Assembly (NCBI GenBank): GCA_951406725.2
Contig: OX597826.1
Span: 44,020,001-44,084,000, forward strand
DNA: 64,000 nucleotides
Direction: 5' to 3'
Origin: Octopus vulgaris
Taxonomy: Eukaryota
Shown here: piece after piece, positions 11,876 to 24,294 of the stretch
Layout of the letters: every line of letters begins with the position of its first letter
Numbering within the stretch: the stretch's first letter is position 1
Made by a program: the position numbers and the translations under genes
The notes under the pieces: generated by a model
Database searches by the model: none
What the model was told of the DNA's origin: nothing
Seen by the model: the letters and a program-made list of their open reading frames with translations, nothing else

Positions 11876-12400
11876 TCTATTATATAAAATCCGTTCTGTC
11901 TGTCTGTGTGTAGGTCTTCTAGGATCTCGGGCATCCTCCATCCGATTGCGCTCAAATTTGATATGTAGATACCGACGGTATCAGGGCGTGTATAAGTCTT
12001 GAAAAAAATTACAAAAATCGATTCCAAGTGAGAATGCGATCGATAAAGCCGTGGGAACGTGCATTTGTACGCGCAAGTACATCAGCTGTTGTGATCGATA
12101 CTACGCGCACGCAAGAAAAATGCACGGGCATTTTGCACAAAAAAGCCGGGTGGCTTGAAATAATACCACAAAATGCAGTATATTTAAGAGACCAAAAAAG
12201 TAAGATGCAAAATAGATATTTTCTTCAAACTTGGTATGAAGGAAGGAAAGACTATTTGGTTTCTCAAGAATTTTTTTTTGCCTTAACTTTTATTGAAATA
12301 AAGGCATTCTTAATTATTTTTTGACGAAAAGAAAACACTGATTGCTTTTTATTCAGTAGATATGATTCAACACCGTCCATTGGACAGGGGGCGTTTTGCT
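11876..12400 (+). mobile_element. Helitron-like non-autonomous element, 5' portion
   Basis: a|TCTATTATATAAAA followed by (tgtc)n and ccgattgcgctcaaattt, typical of invertebrate non-autonomous Helitron 5' ends; 3' hairpin/CTAG not seen. Confidence 0.5.
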
Positions 12401-12878
12401 CGCATATATATATTTGTATACATACACACACAGATGATTTTAAACCCCTTAAGCTCCGTCAACAAAATAACAACAAACATTTGTTTTTTGTCCATAATTA
12501 GTAATAGTTTATATTGTAGTTAAATATATCGTCGTTTATATTTCCGCTACAATACTTCAATGCAACTGCATTCACTTTCTCTACTGAGTTGTCTTTCTTT
12601 TACATCTTTATACTTTTTTTGTCCCACTTTCATGTGTACGATTTGCCTACTTCTATCTATGCGTTTGTGTGTATGTGTGTATAAATGAGTATGTGCGCAT
12701 CTGAGCGTATGGCTGTCTGATTACATATTGGTGGTGTATTTCTGTGAATGTTTTTACATGTGTATGTATATGTGAATGTGAATATGTGTGCACGCCTGTT
12801 AATATGTACTTATATGTGTGCGCAAAAGTGTGTATATCTGCGATTTTCGTTGTAGATATTTGCATATGTATGTTTAAA

Positions 12879-12925
<47 letters not shown>

Positions 12926-13770
12926 GTCTATATATGTATATGTGTATGCAAGTGTGCCTGTTGGTGCGTTCATGTATGCATGTGTATACATGTGTAAATC
13001 GTACACTTAATACTCAATGAAGGGCATATCTCGTCTTGCAATGCTATTTTTTGTTCGTGTTCTACATGAAATAATCCCCTGATCCTCTCAATGTGTATAT
13101 TTATAAATTTAAAAAAATATCGATCGCAGAATAGCATAGGACATATTCGATTCTTAATCCCCTTATCCCAGATATTTCTGTTTTTAAGTCTTTCTGCTTA
13201 CAAAGTTTTTCCAGTTCTCTAAGTGAGATATTTACATACAGTTACATTCATGTCTACAATCATATACTGTGTTTTTTCCACTATTTTTTCCATCATAAAA
13301 AAACATTGTGCATTCGAAAAAGGTCAGTTTTTATATAAGACTTGTGACAGGTTTTAGCCAACGTTTTGCTATTTTAATACTGTAAAAATATCTAGTGTTA
13401 CCATGGCATAAATATCTTTAGTTGTATGACTATTCATATTCATCACTCTAAGATTGATTATATCTAGATACGTGCAAAATATTTTGCTGTGAGTGTAAAC
13501 TTGTTTAATTAATTAGTGATCTGTGGTGATGCTGTTTTCTGTATTTATTTTGCTCTCTTGGAAAGTGAAAACAAAAAACAAAAATTACACGGCAAATTTA
13601 TTTGATCGTGGTATTTAGTTCCGATTCTCTGCTCTCGGAGTTCATATCACAACCAAGTGAGCTTTGCCTTTCTGTCACTCGGAGAATGATACCCCCCTCC
13701 CCCAACACCCCAAACCCCAAAAACAGTCATGTATTGGAATCAAAGTAATCGACTGATTCCTTCCCACCCT

Positions 13771-13854
13771 CTTCTTCTTCTTCTTCTTCTTCTTCTTCTT
13801 CTTCTTCTTCTTCTTCTTCTTCTTCTTCTTCTTCTTCTTCTTCTTCTTCTTCTC

Positions 13855-13885
<31 letters not shown>

Positions 13886-13915
13886 TTCTTCTTCTTCTTC
13901 TTCTTCTTCTTCTTC
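13771..13915. repeat. (TTC)n microsatellite, ~48 units
   Basis: Directly visible; explains the poly-K/E/L ORFs. Confidence 0.97.
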
Positions 13916-13964
13916 TCTAGTCGACACCTTTGGCCCAAGCACATGATGGGTAACAATCCGAATA

Positions 13965-14363
13965 ATATTGGTATCAAATTGTGGAACGACGCCAGAATTT
14001 CAGGGCACTGGGTTGGTCGACTACATGCATCCTAGTGCTCCACTGGTGTTTATTTTATCGACTCCGAAAGGATGAAAGGCAGAGTTGAACTCAGAACTCA
14101 GAATGTAAAGGTGGATGATATGGTTCTAGACCTTTTCCTCGGCCTACTAAGGATTCTACCAGCTCACCTTTAATAGCCCTGTCTACTATAGGCACAAGGA
14201 CTGAAATTTGATAGGGGTTGGGTAGATAGTCGATTATATCCAACACCAGTGTTTCACTAGTACTTAATTTATTGACCCCGAAAGGATGAAAGGCAAAGTC
14301 GACCTGAGTGGAATTTGAACTCAGAATGTAGCGACGTGCATATGATTCTGCCTTCTCACCGCC

Positions 14364-14364
<1 letters not shown>
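13965..14364 (-). mobile_element. Two adjacent SINE A copies (~13965-14170, ~14180-14364)
   Basis: gaaaggatgaaaggca...gaactcagaatgta...ttct(a/g)cc motifs occur twice. Confidence 0.82.
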
Positions 14365-14409
<45 letters not shown>

Positions 14410-14438
14410 TAATAATAATAATAATAATAATAATAATA

Positions 14439-15179
14439 GCCATTGATCATGTGGTCTCCAAGTGCAGTCTTCTGGCGCCTACAGAGTATCTCAACAGGCA
14501 CGATAGAGCTGCACAATATATTCACTGGGTAATCTGCAAAAACCTGGATTTGCCCCATAAAAAAACTGGTGGGAACGCCCCCCCCACCAGTGCTTGAAAA
14601 TGACCACATCTCACTCCTCTGGAACTTCACCATTCAAACTGACAGAAAGATAGATGCAAATAGGCCAGACATCATATTGAAAGACTTCAAACAAAGAGCA
14701 TGCCTCCTCATTGATATGACTGTCCCAATCGATATAAACGTATCTGTCAAGACCTACCAAAAACTGAGCAAATATAAAGATCTTGAAATAGAAATCAGCA
14801 AAATGTGGAACATGAAGACTAAAACAATACCTGTTGTCATAGGTGCCCTGGGAATGATAGCAAAAGGGGCTGATAGCTACCTAATTCAGATACCAGGAAA
14901 CCCAAAAATGGCAGAAATTCAAAAGATAGTGCTCATGGGAACTGCTCATATCCTACGCAAAATACTTTCTATGTAATCTCAAGGTTTAAAACAAACATAA
15001 TTTTCGGTTTTTAAAAAAATTTTTTTTTTAGACATTCATTAGTACAACACCAAAAACTCCCCCCCCAAATATATGGCACACTAGGCATAACAACATGAAC
15101 TTCCAACCTGTTTTCTCTTGAGGTCTCTGGGTGAGACTTGGAGCCAACTTGTACAAATATAAAGCAAAAGTCAAACATA

Positions 15180-15180
<1 letters not shown>
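14439..15180 (+). mobile_element. 5'-truncated R4/Dong-like non-LTR retrotransposon (end of CCHC knuckle, restriction-like endonuclease, 3' UTR) inside (AAT)n
   Basis: IDHVVSKC..RHD..IHWVIC, one frameshift at ~14560-14590, then ORF to 14976 with RPDII..IDMTVP..KLSKYKDL..IPVVIGALG; (AAT)n at 14365-14438 and 15181-15252. Confidence 0.92.
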
Positions 15181-15252
<72 letters not shown>

Positions 15253-15472
15253 TCTTTCTTCCATAGACACAATTCCATAGCCTGACATTTGTGGGGAGGA
15301 GCCTAGTCGATTACATCGACCTCAGTGCGTAATTAGTTGTTAGTTCATCGACCCCGAAAGGATAAACGGCAAAGTCGACTTAGACGGAATTTGAACTGAG
15401 AACGTAAGGACTTGTGAAATGCCGCTTAGCACTTTGCCCGACGTGTTAACGAGTCTGCCAGATCATTACCTT
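15253..15472 (-). mobile_element. SINE family A
   Basis: cgaccccgaaaggataaacggcaaagtcgac...gaatttgaactgagaacgta...tctgccaga; (AAT)n on both sides. Confidence 0.85.
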
Positions 15473-15500
15473 TAATAATAATAATGATGATAATAATAAT

Positions 15501-15572
<72 letters not shown>

Positions 15573-15600
15573 TACTAATAATGATAATAATAATGATAAC

Positions 15601-15635
<35 letters not shown>

Positions 15636-15703
15636 CAATAATAATAATAATGATAATGATAATAATAATAATGATAATGATAATAATGATAATAATAATA
15701 ATG

Positions 15704-15768
<65 letters not shown>

Positions 15769-15878
15769 AATAATAATAATGATAATGATAATAATGATAA
15801 TGATAATAATAATAATAATATTAATAATAATAATAATAATGATGATGATGATGATAATGATAATAATAATGGTAATAA

Positions 15879-15909
<31 letters not shown>

Positions 15910-15922
15910 AACGATAATAATT
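15473..15922. repeat. ~450-bp compound (AAT)/(GAT)n microsatellite
   Basis: Directly visible. Confidence 0.97.
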
Positions 15923-16219
15923 AATTCTAGTAATAGTATTGCAGTCAATGCCCACGAAGACAGCTTTTCCACGTCGCTCTTTCAGCGACCAAAATAGAAA
16001 TATTAGTAGATGTAGTTTTCACCTTCAATCAGATTAGGTGATTAATCCGAAAAGCTAGACATGCCATTTTACGCGCGCACACGCGCACACAAACACACAC
16101 ACAAACGCCCATACATACACTCACACACAGCAACACATCAACGCACGCACTCAGGCTCACGCGCTTATCTCACACGTAGGGAGACACGATAATTTAGAAA
16201 TACAATTACACAAATATAT

Positions 16220-16242
16220 GACTACATACATACATACATACA

Positions 16243-16280
<38 letters not shown>

Positions 16281-16296
16281 GAGATACGTATATAAA

Positions 16297-16327
<31 letters not shown>

Positions 16328-16364
16328 TTCTGTATATACATACATGAGTACACATATATATGTG

Positions 16365-16422
<58 letters not shown>

Positions 16423-16428
16423 GTATAA

Positions 16429-16476
<48 letters not shown>

Positions 16477-16594
16477 TTGAAAATAGATGCGTGGCGTTCA
16501 ATCATAAGATTAATATAAAAAATATATAAATATAGGTGCATACATACACATATATATATTATTTATATTATTATTATCATCATCATCATCATCA

Positions 16595-16671
<77 letters not shown>

Positions 16672-16679
16672 GTCATCAT

Positions 16680-16730
<51 letters not shown>
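16220..16730. repeat. Compound (TA)n/(ATT)n/(ATC)n microsatellite
   Basis: Directly visible. Confidence 0.92.
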
Positions 16731-16731
<1 letters not shown>

Positions 16732-16874
16732 CTCTGATACAATCAAGACGTGCGCCGCCGATACAATCAAGAGTAAATAGGGCAAATTTCATAATGTGGC
16801 AGTCAATATTGATAAACTACCAAAAAGCAAAATAGCAAAGAAAAATTATATATGTAAGTGTGTGAGTGTGCGTG

Positions 16875-16905
<31 letters not shown>

Positions 16906-16959
16906 ATAGACATAATATATTAGATAATAAAATTATATTGAGAGTGCGTTGGGAGCTGA

Positions 16960-17362
16960 ATAAATGAACTAAAATATAGGTAATATATAATAATAAACAA
17001 ACGATAAAAACGAAACAAAACACATACATATATAATAAGGTAAAGTAATCATCATTGGAGAACAAGTTCTCTGGTAAATAAGTTTGGTGCTATGTTTAAA
17101 AATACTAGAAGATATTAAAGAAAAGAAAATGCAGCGGGGAGCAGGGAAGATCCGTGGTTTAACTAGCAATCAATATCCTGTTTGTGGTGTAAGATTTAAT
17201 GGGAACCGTAGGGAGAAAAAAATCGATGGGCTAAACTAACGTTGTCACTTCGGTCTTTATCAATATTTTATATTTCCTTCGAGGAATAACTTTTAGGATG
17301 GTTTGGTATTCAGCTAACGTTGTTATGATCGTCTTGTATTGTTTGTGAATGAGAATGTGTGT
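16960..17362 (-). mobile_element. Possible degenerate Penelope-like GIY-YIG 3' fragment
   Basis: Minus strand [12 protein letters not shown] then frameshifted [11 protein letters not shown] resembles the PLE endonuclease segment HxxSFxxxxxxxxTxLSxYIWxLK; flanked by microsatellites. Confidence 0.35.
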
Positions 17363-17369
17363 GTTTGCG

Positions 17370-17448
<79 letters not shown>

Positions 17449-17449
17449 G

Positions 17450-17512
<63 letters not shown>

Positions 17513-17871
17513 GTATATGTATACGCGAGCACGCATGCGCTCATAAAATTTCTGTGTGCGTGTGGATGTGTGAATATTTGATTAATAAGAAGCAATAAGA
17601 AAAATCAACAGTCTACAGGTATGTACCTGGCGTTGCATTGATCTAGCTCTATTATTTTTTATTCAAGTCTATGTCTCCTTTCTTGAAATTCTGAAATCGT
17701 ATTAGCTGTGTCCCTGAATATAAACTATACCTCTGATTGACATACCACGTCATAACCTTTATATACACGTACACACATACACACATATATCAGGGAGAGA
17801 GTGAGGGGGTAATATAACACGAGGATGGAGGATATCAGGATTTAACAGTGAGAGCAAAACCCCGCACCTCT

Positions 17872-18081
17872 GCACCTCGCACCAGCTTTGAGCTGCTGAG
17901 TTTATATCCATCCATATGCCATTATTGAAGATCACTGTTTATAATTATTATATGGTTGAATATTTTTTTTAGCAAAAGCCGCATGTGTGCACTTCATTAG
18001 GGGCAATACGATTAATATAGAATGCCCTTCTATAACGATATATGAATATAAACTCAGCTGCTTAAAGCTGATGTGAGGTGT
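17872..18081. mobile_element. Degenerate inverted-repeat element with hammerhead remnant
   Basis: 17872-17911 inverted to 18042-18081; minus-strand spacer reads cCTAATGAAg...taTAAAC-agtg-ATC. Confidence 0.4.
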
Positions 18082-18280
18082 GGAAACAAATGTGATATAG
18101 TATCAAAGCCTATTATTTTCTATTCTTGTGCTATATTATCCTTCTAGTAATCTTATGCAAAGACACTTTTCTCGTGTGTATCCGTCCTTTGAGTATAACC
18201 AACTGATGGATGTCATGTGGCAGTCAAGTACGACGTAAAAGATTTTAAATGCACGTTACGGGGTTTCAACCCGAATTACA

Positions 18281-18288
18281 CACGCACA

Positions 18289-18357
<69 letters not shown>
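18281..18357. repeat. (CA)n microsatellite
   Basis: Directly visible. Confidence 0.97.
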
Positions 18358-18360
<3 letters not shown>

Positions 18361-18471
18361 TGTGTCTGTGCTTTAGGTAGCTTTCCAACATGGCCGCAGT
18401 AAAATGACTGAAACAAGTAAAAGAAAGATTAAAAGAATATATATATGTGTGTATATCAATATATATATGTG

Positions 18472-18528
<57 letters not shown>

Positions 18529-18706
18529 TTATATATACATATATATATATATATGTGAATATATATATATGTATATGTATGTATTTTATGTACACGCGTA
18601 TATATGTATGTTTATATATTTATCTATAGCTATCCATCTGTTTATCTATATGTAAATATAAATATATATTTGTATGTATATACGTGTGTGTGTGTGTGTG
18701 TTTTGT

Positions 18707-18949
18707 ATATCGTTGCCATTATGCAAAACTGTCGTAAGGCCAAAACATTGCTTTTTTTTCAGAAAACGAAAGGATAGTTTCGCCACTCTATAGTAAAACT
18801 GTTATGCTACATTTTTGAGAATTTTTGATATCTTCACATCTGTCTGAAGCAGCTGGAGATACGATAGTCTGACTAAAAGAACCGGCCATTGCAAGCAAAA
18901 TTAAATATTTTTTAAAATGCTTTTGGACATACGACAGTTTCAACGATAT
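18707..18949. mobile_element. Old MITE-like element with ~35-40-bp imperfect TIRs
   Basis: atatcgttg..aaactgtcgtaaggccaaaacatt vs reverse complement of right end atatcgttgaaactgtcgtatgtccaaaagcatt. Confidence 0.5.
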
Positions 18950-18989
18950 TTATTCTTGCATATGTACATATGCTTACGCATATGTGTTC

Positions 18990-19028
<39 letters not shown>

Positions 19029-19258
19029 CGTGTGTGTGTGTACATGTATGTATATCTGTCCATAAATCATTGTTGGTTGGTAGATTACTCCACTCACCAA
19101 GTAGACTTACTTCAGGAACAGCTGTTGAGATATAGCTAATACATAACTCCCTTTGCGTTCTTTATTTCGCAGCAGTTATTTTATATTCCATCTTAATATA
19201 AAATTTAAACTTACCTGTCTGTATTTGCCTTTCTGCCCATAATTTTTTTCCTGCGTGG

Positions 19259-19302
<44 letters not shown>

Positions 19303-19322
19303 CACACATATATATATATATC

Positions 19323-19665
19323 TAAATACATAAGATATGGCCATAATAGGACATCTGACTCACTAGAAAGAGCAGTTAAACTCCAAACCACTAACAGTTG
19401 TAATTCTGAAATGCAAAGAGAAATAAAAAACATTTACCCTAAGATACGGTAAACGTTTTTATTTCACTTTCCATTTCAGAATTACAACTATTAGTGGTTT
19501 GGAGTTTGGCTGCTCTTTCTAGTGAGTCAGATGTCCTATTATGACCATCTCTTATGTATTTAAATGCATATTATATAGTCTATTGACCATTATTTCTTTC
19601 TCGCTAGACCACTGGTAGCGGAGAATTTTTCTAGAATTTTTTCGCTACCCTAAAATTTATTAATA

Positions 19666-19669
<4 letters not shown>
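19323..19669. mobile_element. Fold-back Penelope-like terminal-repeat element (~115-bp arms, 9-nt loop, ~105-nt tail)
   Basis: 19323-19438 inverted to 19448-19562; 19448-19669 homologous to the reverse complement of 21789-21995; between (TA)n and (TC)n tracts. Confidence 0.75.
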
Positions 19670-19758
<89 letters not shown>

Positions 19759-20059
19759 CCAAGAAAGATAGAACAGGTTTCAGAGATCAGTGTTCTTAGT
19801 CACTCAATATATTTCGCATCATCGGAATACTTCACAGCATATATAGGTATACTCACATATATATGATTTCATATAAAATTATATAAATATATATATGATA
19901 AATGTACATGCATGAGATCTTATGAAGCTGTACATCCGAATTAGAAATCAATGAGGATATTAAAAGATGCACATGGTGAATGTAAATTGGTAATTGATTG
20001 ATACAGCCTAACCTTCATGAGGCCTTACTACAACCACCAACTGGTCAGTCAGAAAGCAC

Positions 20060-20500
20060 ACAAAGAACAAAGATAAACCATGCAGCTGAGTAGAAAGAGA
20101 TGGAGTGGCCATGTAGCGCGCCTGCTCCGACTACCGAATTTCTAAACAGACCTTTTGGAGCACCAGCGGTTGGCTCCCAGTCATCTGATGCATTAAATAT
20201 AGGAGTTAGAAAGAGACTCTCAAGACGATCTTGAAAAAGTATAACTTAGAACAATGTTATTGGGAACATCTTGTTCAAGATCGCTCACAGTGGTGTGGTG
20301 CTGTGTACACTGCAGTAGGCCACTCAGTGTCAGAGCTGATTAGAGAAACTAAAAAGAGGAAGGTTGCATGGAAAGCAAGGTTGCACCACGTCCTGGTTCT
20401 ACTAATACGTGTACTGACTGTAACAGTGCATTTTGTGTCAATAATAACTTCTTCAGCACCTTCAGGACTTAGAGTAAAGCTGCGAATCTGGTCCTTTACG
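20060..20500 (+). mobile_element. RTE-clade LINE 3' fragment (degenerate)
   Basis: RWSGHVAR, then ETLKTILKKYNLEQCYWEHLVQDRSQWCGAV and a CxxC..F..SH zinc-finger-like end, typical of RTE/BovB-type ORF C-termini. Confidence 0.7.
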
Positions 20501-21351
20501 GAGACAATGTATAAGACCAGACCCTTATCGCCTGTTTTCAGAAGCAAATGTAGTCCCAGTGATACTCTGTAGCAAAAAGACGAGTTGGTCATGGTTGGCT
20601 TTTGATAAGTTATGTTCCTAACCGAGGCTTGCTAAACAACAAAATCGTTAGATTTTTCTCTGAGAAAGTCTTCAAATTTCAAACATTGCATCTAAAGCGG
20701 TGAAATTGCCTTTGCTTTGATACAAAGGAAACATTTGAGATCGTATAAAACGAGGATCTTCTCGCTAAATTGCACGATCGTCTTTATGTATTTCTCTTAT
20801 AACGAAAGCTTCTTATCAATGAAGAATGTGCTAACAAGTCTCATTCAAACCCACTCACTATCCATTCACTCTTCTATCCGTCTATTCCAGTAATATCAAA
20901 TTCACACGTAACTTAGCTGCCCCTCGCCAGATGAACATTGCATTTATTAACAGAGATCTCGGAAAGGTCCTTTAATGTTGATATGACAACCTCACTCCCT
21001 TCAACAAGATACGCTTACTACACATAAAAGAACCTATCTTTTACTTTCTTACAACTTATCAATGATTCACAAACATTGCTCAGAGGAACCGATCCCTTTA
21101 CACGTCTATTCTACTTGGACTATACGAGATCTTTTCTATTTTGCAGTGATAGCTTTCTTCATGTGAAACCCATGAAAATACGTATTACTAAATATGGGTA
21201 CGCGCATGCATATATTTTTATATATCTACTCACAAACATACACACATTGGGAAAAATACACATGTAAAAAAAATACACGAGATTTTTACTCCACATATTA
21301 AACGCTAGTATTTATGGCTGTATCCACTTCGAGATTCAGTATTTAAATTGT

Positions 21352-21476
<125 letters not shown>

Positions 21477-21730
21477 TCTATGTATACATGCATATATGTA
21501 TATATATATATATATATATATACAAAAGTATGAGTAATCCTTTAATTCAATGTAAAATTATTTTTCTTATTGACATGACAAACAAACATTAATATATACA
21601 TACACACACAGACACACAGACATATACAAACACATACATATGTATATATAAATATAAATATATATATATATAAGTTTATATATATATATATATATATATG
21701 AAGTGTATACATACATACATACATATATAA

Positions 21731-21788
<58 letters not shown>

Positions 21789-21789
<1 letters not shown>

Positions 21790-22474
21790 ATATCAAAGGG
21801 TAATCTGAAATATTAGAAATTTCCATTACCAGTTGCCTAGCGTGTAAAAATTTAGTCAATAGACTATATATTATTCATATAAATACAGTGTACATTTAAA
21901 CACATAAGAGGTATTTATAATAGACAGGACAGTTAAATTCCAAACCACTATTAGGGATAAAATTTCGAAGGGAATGAAAACTAAAAACAGTTACCATCTA
22001 GCTTCTGGATCAATGGTTTCAGACTTTTTTAGTACATAAAATAATTTGGTAGGCGATGCCTTCTTCAGCAGGTACACCTTAGATTGAATATATACAGACG
22101 AAGCAATCCAGTATATGCCCCGTGATTATGATTATACATTCTAATTTTTCAAATCTACCACACAAGCGCAGCTCCTTGTCGACAGTAAATAAATATGCCG
22201 TCTTTTTCATTTCGAAAATCATCCAAGAAAAAATTATGAATAATTAATATCAAAGGGTAATCTGAAATATTAGAAATTTCCATCACCAGTGGCCTAGTGT
22301 GTAAACATTTAGTCAATAGACTATATATCATTCATATAAATACAGTGTACATTTAAACACATAAGAGGTATCCATCATAGGATTACCTGCACGCTAGAGA
22401 GAACAGTTAAATTTTAAACCACTATTAGGGATAAAATTCCGAAGGGAATGAAAAATAAAAACATTTACCATCTA
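21789..22474 (-). mobile_element. Penelope-like partial tandem repeat (457-bp period) carrying a hammerhead motif
   Basis: aatatcaaagggtaatctgaaatattagaaatttcca starts at 21789 and 22246; second copy ends 22474; adjoins (TA)n. Confidence 0.75.
22005..22071 (-). ncRNA. Type I hammerhead-like motif with long stem-loop II
   Basis: CTG-CTGAAGA-AGGC...GTCT-GAAAC-cattg-ATC-CAG; stem I CUG/CAG; one mismatch in stem III. Confidence 0.6.
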
Positions 22475-22519
22475 ACAACAAACAAGTTTATTAGTTTAAC
22501 ACTCGGTAAGGTGAGAAAA

Positions 22520-22557
22520 TCTCCTACGTTTCGAGCCTACGCTCTTCAACAGAAAGG
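22520..22557 (-). ncRNA. Minimal hammerhead-like motif, variant core CUGUUGA, in a short repeat (~22475-22590)
   Basis: ccttt-CTGTTGA-a-GAGC-gtag-GCTC-GAAAC-GTA-ggaga; 31 nt identical to 53802-53832. Confidence 0.55.
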
Positions 22558-23129
22558 AACACGAGAAAATAAACAGAAAGAGAATAAATATATATATATG
22601 ATACTTACCCATCATAAATAGTCACATAAATATATACACCAAGCCTTTGTGTTATATATACTTATACCTAGAAATAACCTTACAGCTATTTTAACCAGTT
22701 TCATTGTGCAATATTTGTAATGCTAACTCCTTATATAAAGTGCTGAAACAATTAGTTCTAAATCATATACTTCCGATCGATATTAGCTTTGCATATTCTG
22801 TATAGAAAAGATACAAATTTGATTGTCTTTTTTATTCATTTACTGTATATTTTATATTGATTCCTTAAATGTGTCACTTGGAGTTGTGTAACCTTTTGTT
22901 TCGTTTCTCCTTGAATTGTAAATCTGGGAGTTTGTCAATTAATACAAAGAACTGTATGTATGCTTGCATATATACATTACATATATGTAACTCAATTTTT
23001 CATTCAGTGTTTTACATTTTTCGGTTTCGATCAGCCTCAGTACGCAATATAATGGAGATAGTAAAAATTAAGTAAAACGTGGGAGTGCCTGAGTTCTTTT
23101 TAAAATGAATAACGGCCTTCCACTTCACA

Positions 23130-23630
23130 ATATACTCATTACAACGTACTCATTTACCCAAACAGAAGAACTTGTCTACATCAGATAACACACTTTTAGA
23201 CTTACTGGTAACATGTAAGCAGTACAGCCTATCCATGCGAAGGGAGTTATTCATTATTCATTTTTACAAGAAGGAAAAACGGTAACAGGAAATTAATTGT
23301 ATGCATGAGAATTTGAACAAAAGCAACCCAGACTATTGAATAGAGATGGCCCAATTTTTCTCCACGACAATGCACGTCCACACACTCCTCAGACTACGAT
23401 CCAAAATTTGCAAACCTGAATTATGTGATTTTGCAACATCCTGCTCATACTCCTGATATCTGTCCCACTGATCATCACTTATTTAAGCATTTTGAGCTTT
23501 TCATAAGTACAATAAAACATCCATAAATAGTGAAGAGGTAATTGAAACATTCAGTTTATTATAGCAAAAGTTGAATTTTGTTTGAAGATGGAATATATGA
23601 CAAAGATAAACACTGGAGGTGATGTACAGG
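23130..23630 (+). mobile_element. Mariner (DD34D) transposase pseudogene fragment
   Basis: GVIHYSFLQEGKTVT...KQPRLLNRDGPIFLHDNARPH...ILQHPAHTPDICPTDHHLFKHFE with frameshifts. Confidence 0.88.
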
Positions 23631-23633
23631 TAT

Positions 23634-23863
23634 TATATATTAGAAGAAATAAGGTACTCAGAAATCTGGATGGTTTTACATTTACAGGTTTTTATTAATA
23701 TGTCACATGTTATTTTATAAATCATATATTAGCGCTTGCATCTACTGAAGATTCTACCAGAGTAGATGCAAGCGCTAATATATGGTTTATATAAACATGT
23801 GACATATTAATAAAAATCTGTAAATGTAAAACAATCCAGATTTCTGAGTACCTTATTTCTTCT

Positions 23864-23871
<8 letters not shown>
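23634..23871. mobile_element. Near-perfect fold-back element (~112-bp arms, 14-nt loop) adjoining (TA)n; hammerhead-like core at the apex
   Basis: 23634-23746 inverted to 23761-23871; CTGAAGA-t-TCTAC-caga-GTAGA-t-GCAA at 23745-23771. Confidence 0.8.
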
Positions 23872-23949
<78 letters not shown>

Positions 23950-23999
23950 ACTCTAAGCGGCATTTGGTCCTATGTCTCCTACTATAGCCTATCTATCTG

Positions 24000-24065
<66 letters not shown>

Positions 24066-24068
<3 letters not shown>

Positions 24069-24233
24069 AATTATAACAAAGAGGGTATTTGCAACAAGTT
24101 GCTTGACCAAATACCGAAAGACCCTCTTTGTTATAATTATATAAACTTTTACCGAATATGGTTCTTTTCCATACCGAAATACTACTTGGTGAAATTTGTT
24201 GATTTTATTAAATTAATTATATTTCACCCTTTA

Positions 24234-24238
<5 letters not shown>
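24066..24238. mobile_element. Short fold-back element with the 3' part of a hammerhead, between (TATC)n and (TA)n
   Basis: 24066-24086 inverted to 24121-24141; GGTATTTG(24084)...CAAATACC-GAAAG-acc-CTC-tttg; CUGAnGA absent. Confidence 0.6.

Positions 24239-24292
<54 letters not shown>

Positions 24293-24294
<2 letters not shown>

Noticed and set aside
16730-16850. Short island with a 13-bp direct repeat (gatacaatcaaga) between microsatellites
   Set aside because: Likely a repeat fragment; no hairpin or ribozyme motif found
19757-19850. Minus-strand CCGATGA...GAAA hammerhead candidate
   Set aside because: No convincing stems I or II; may be chance
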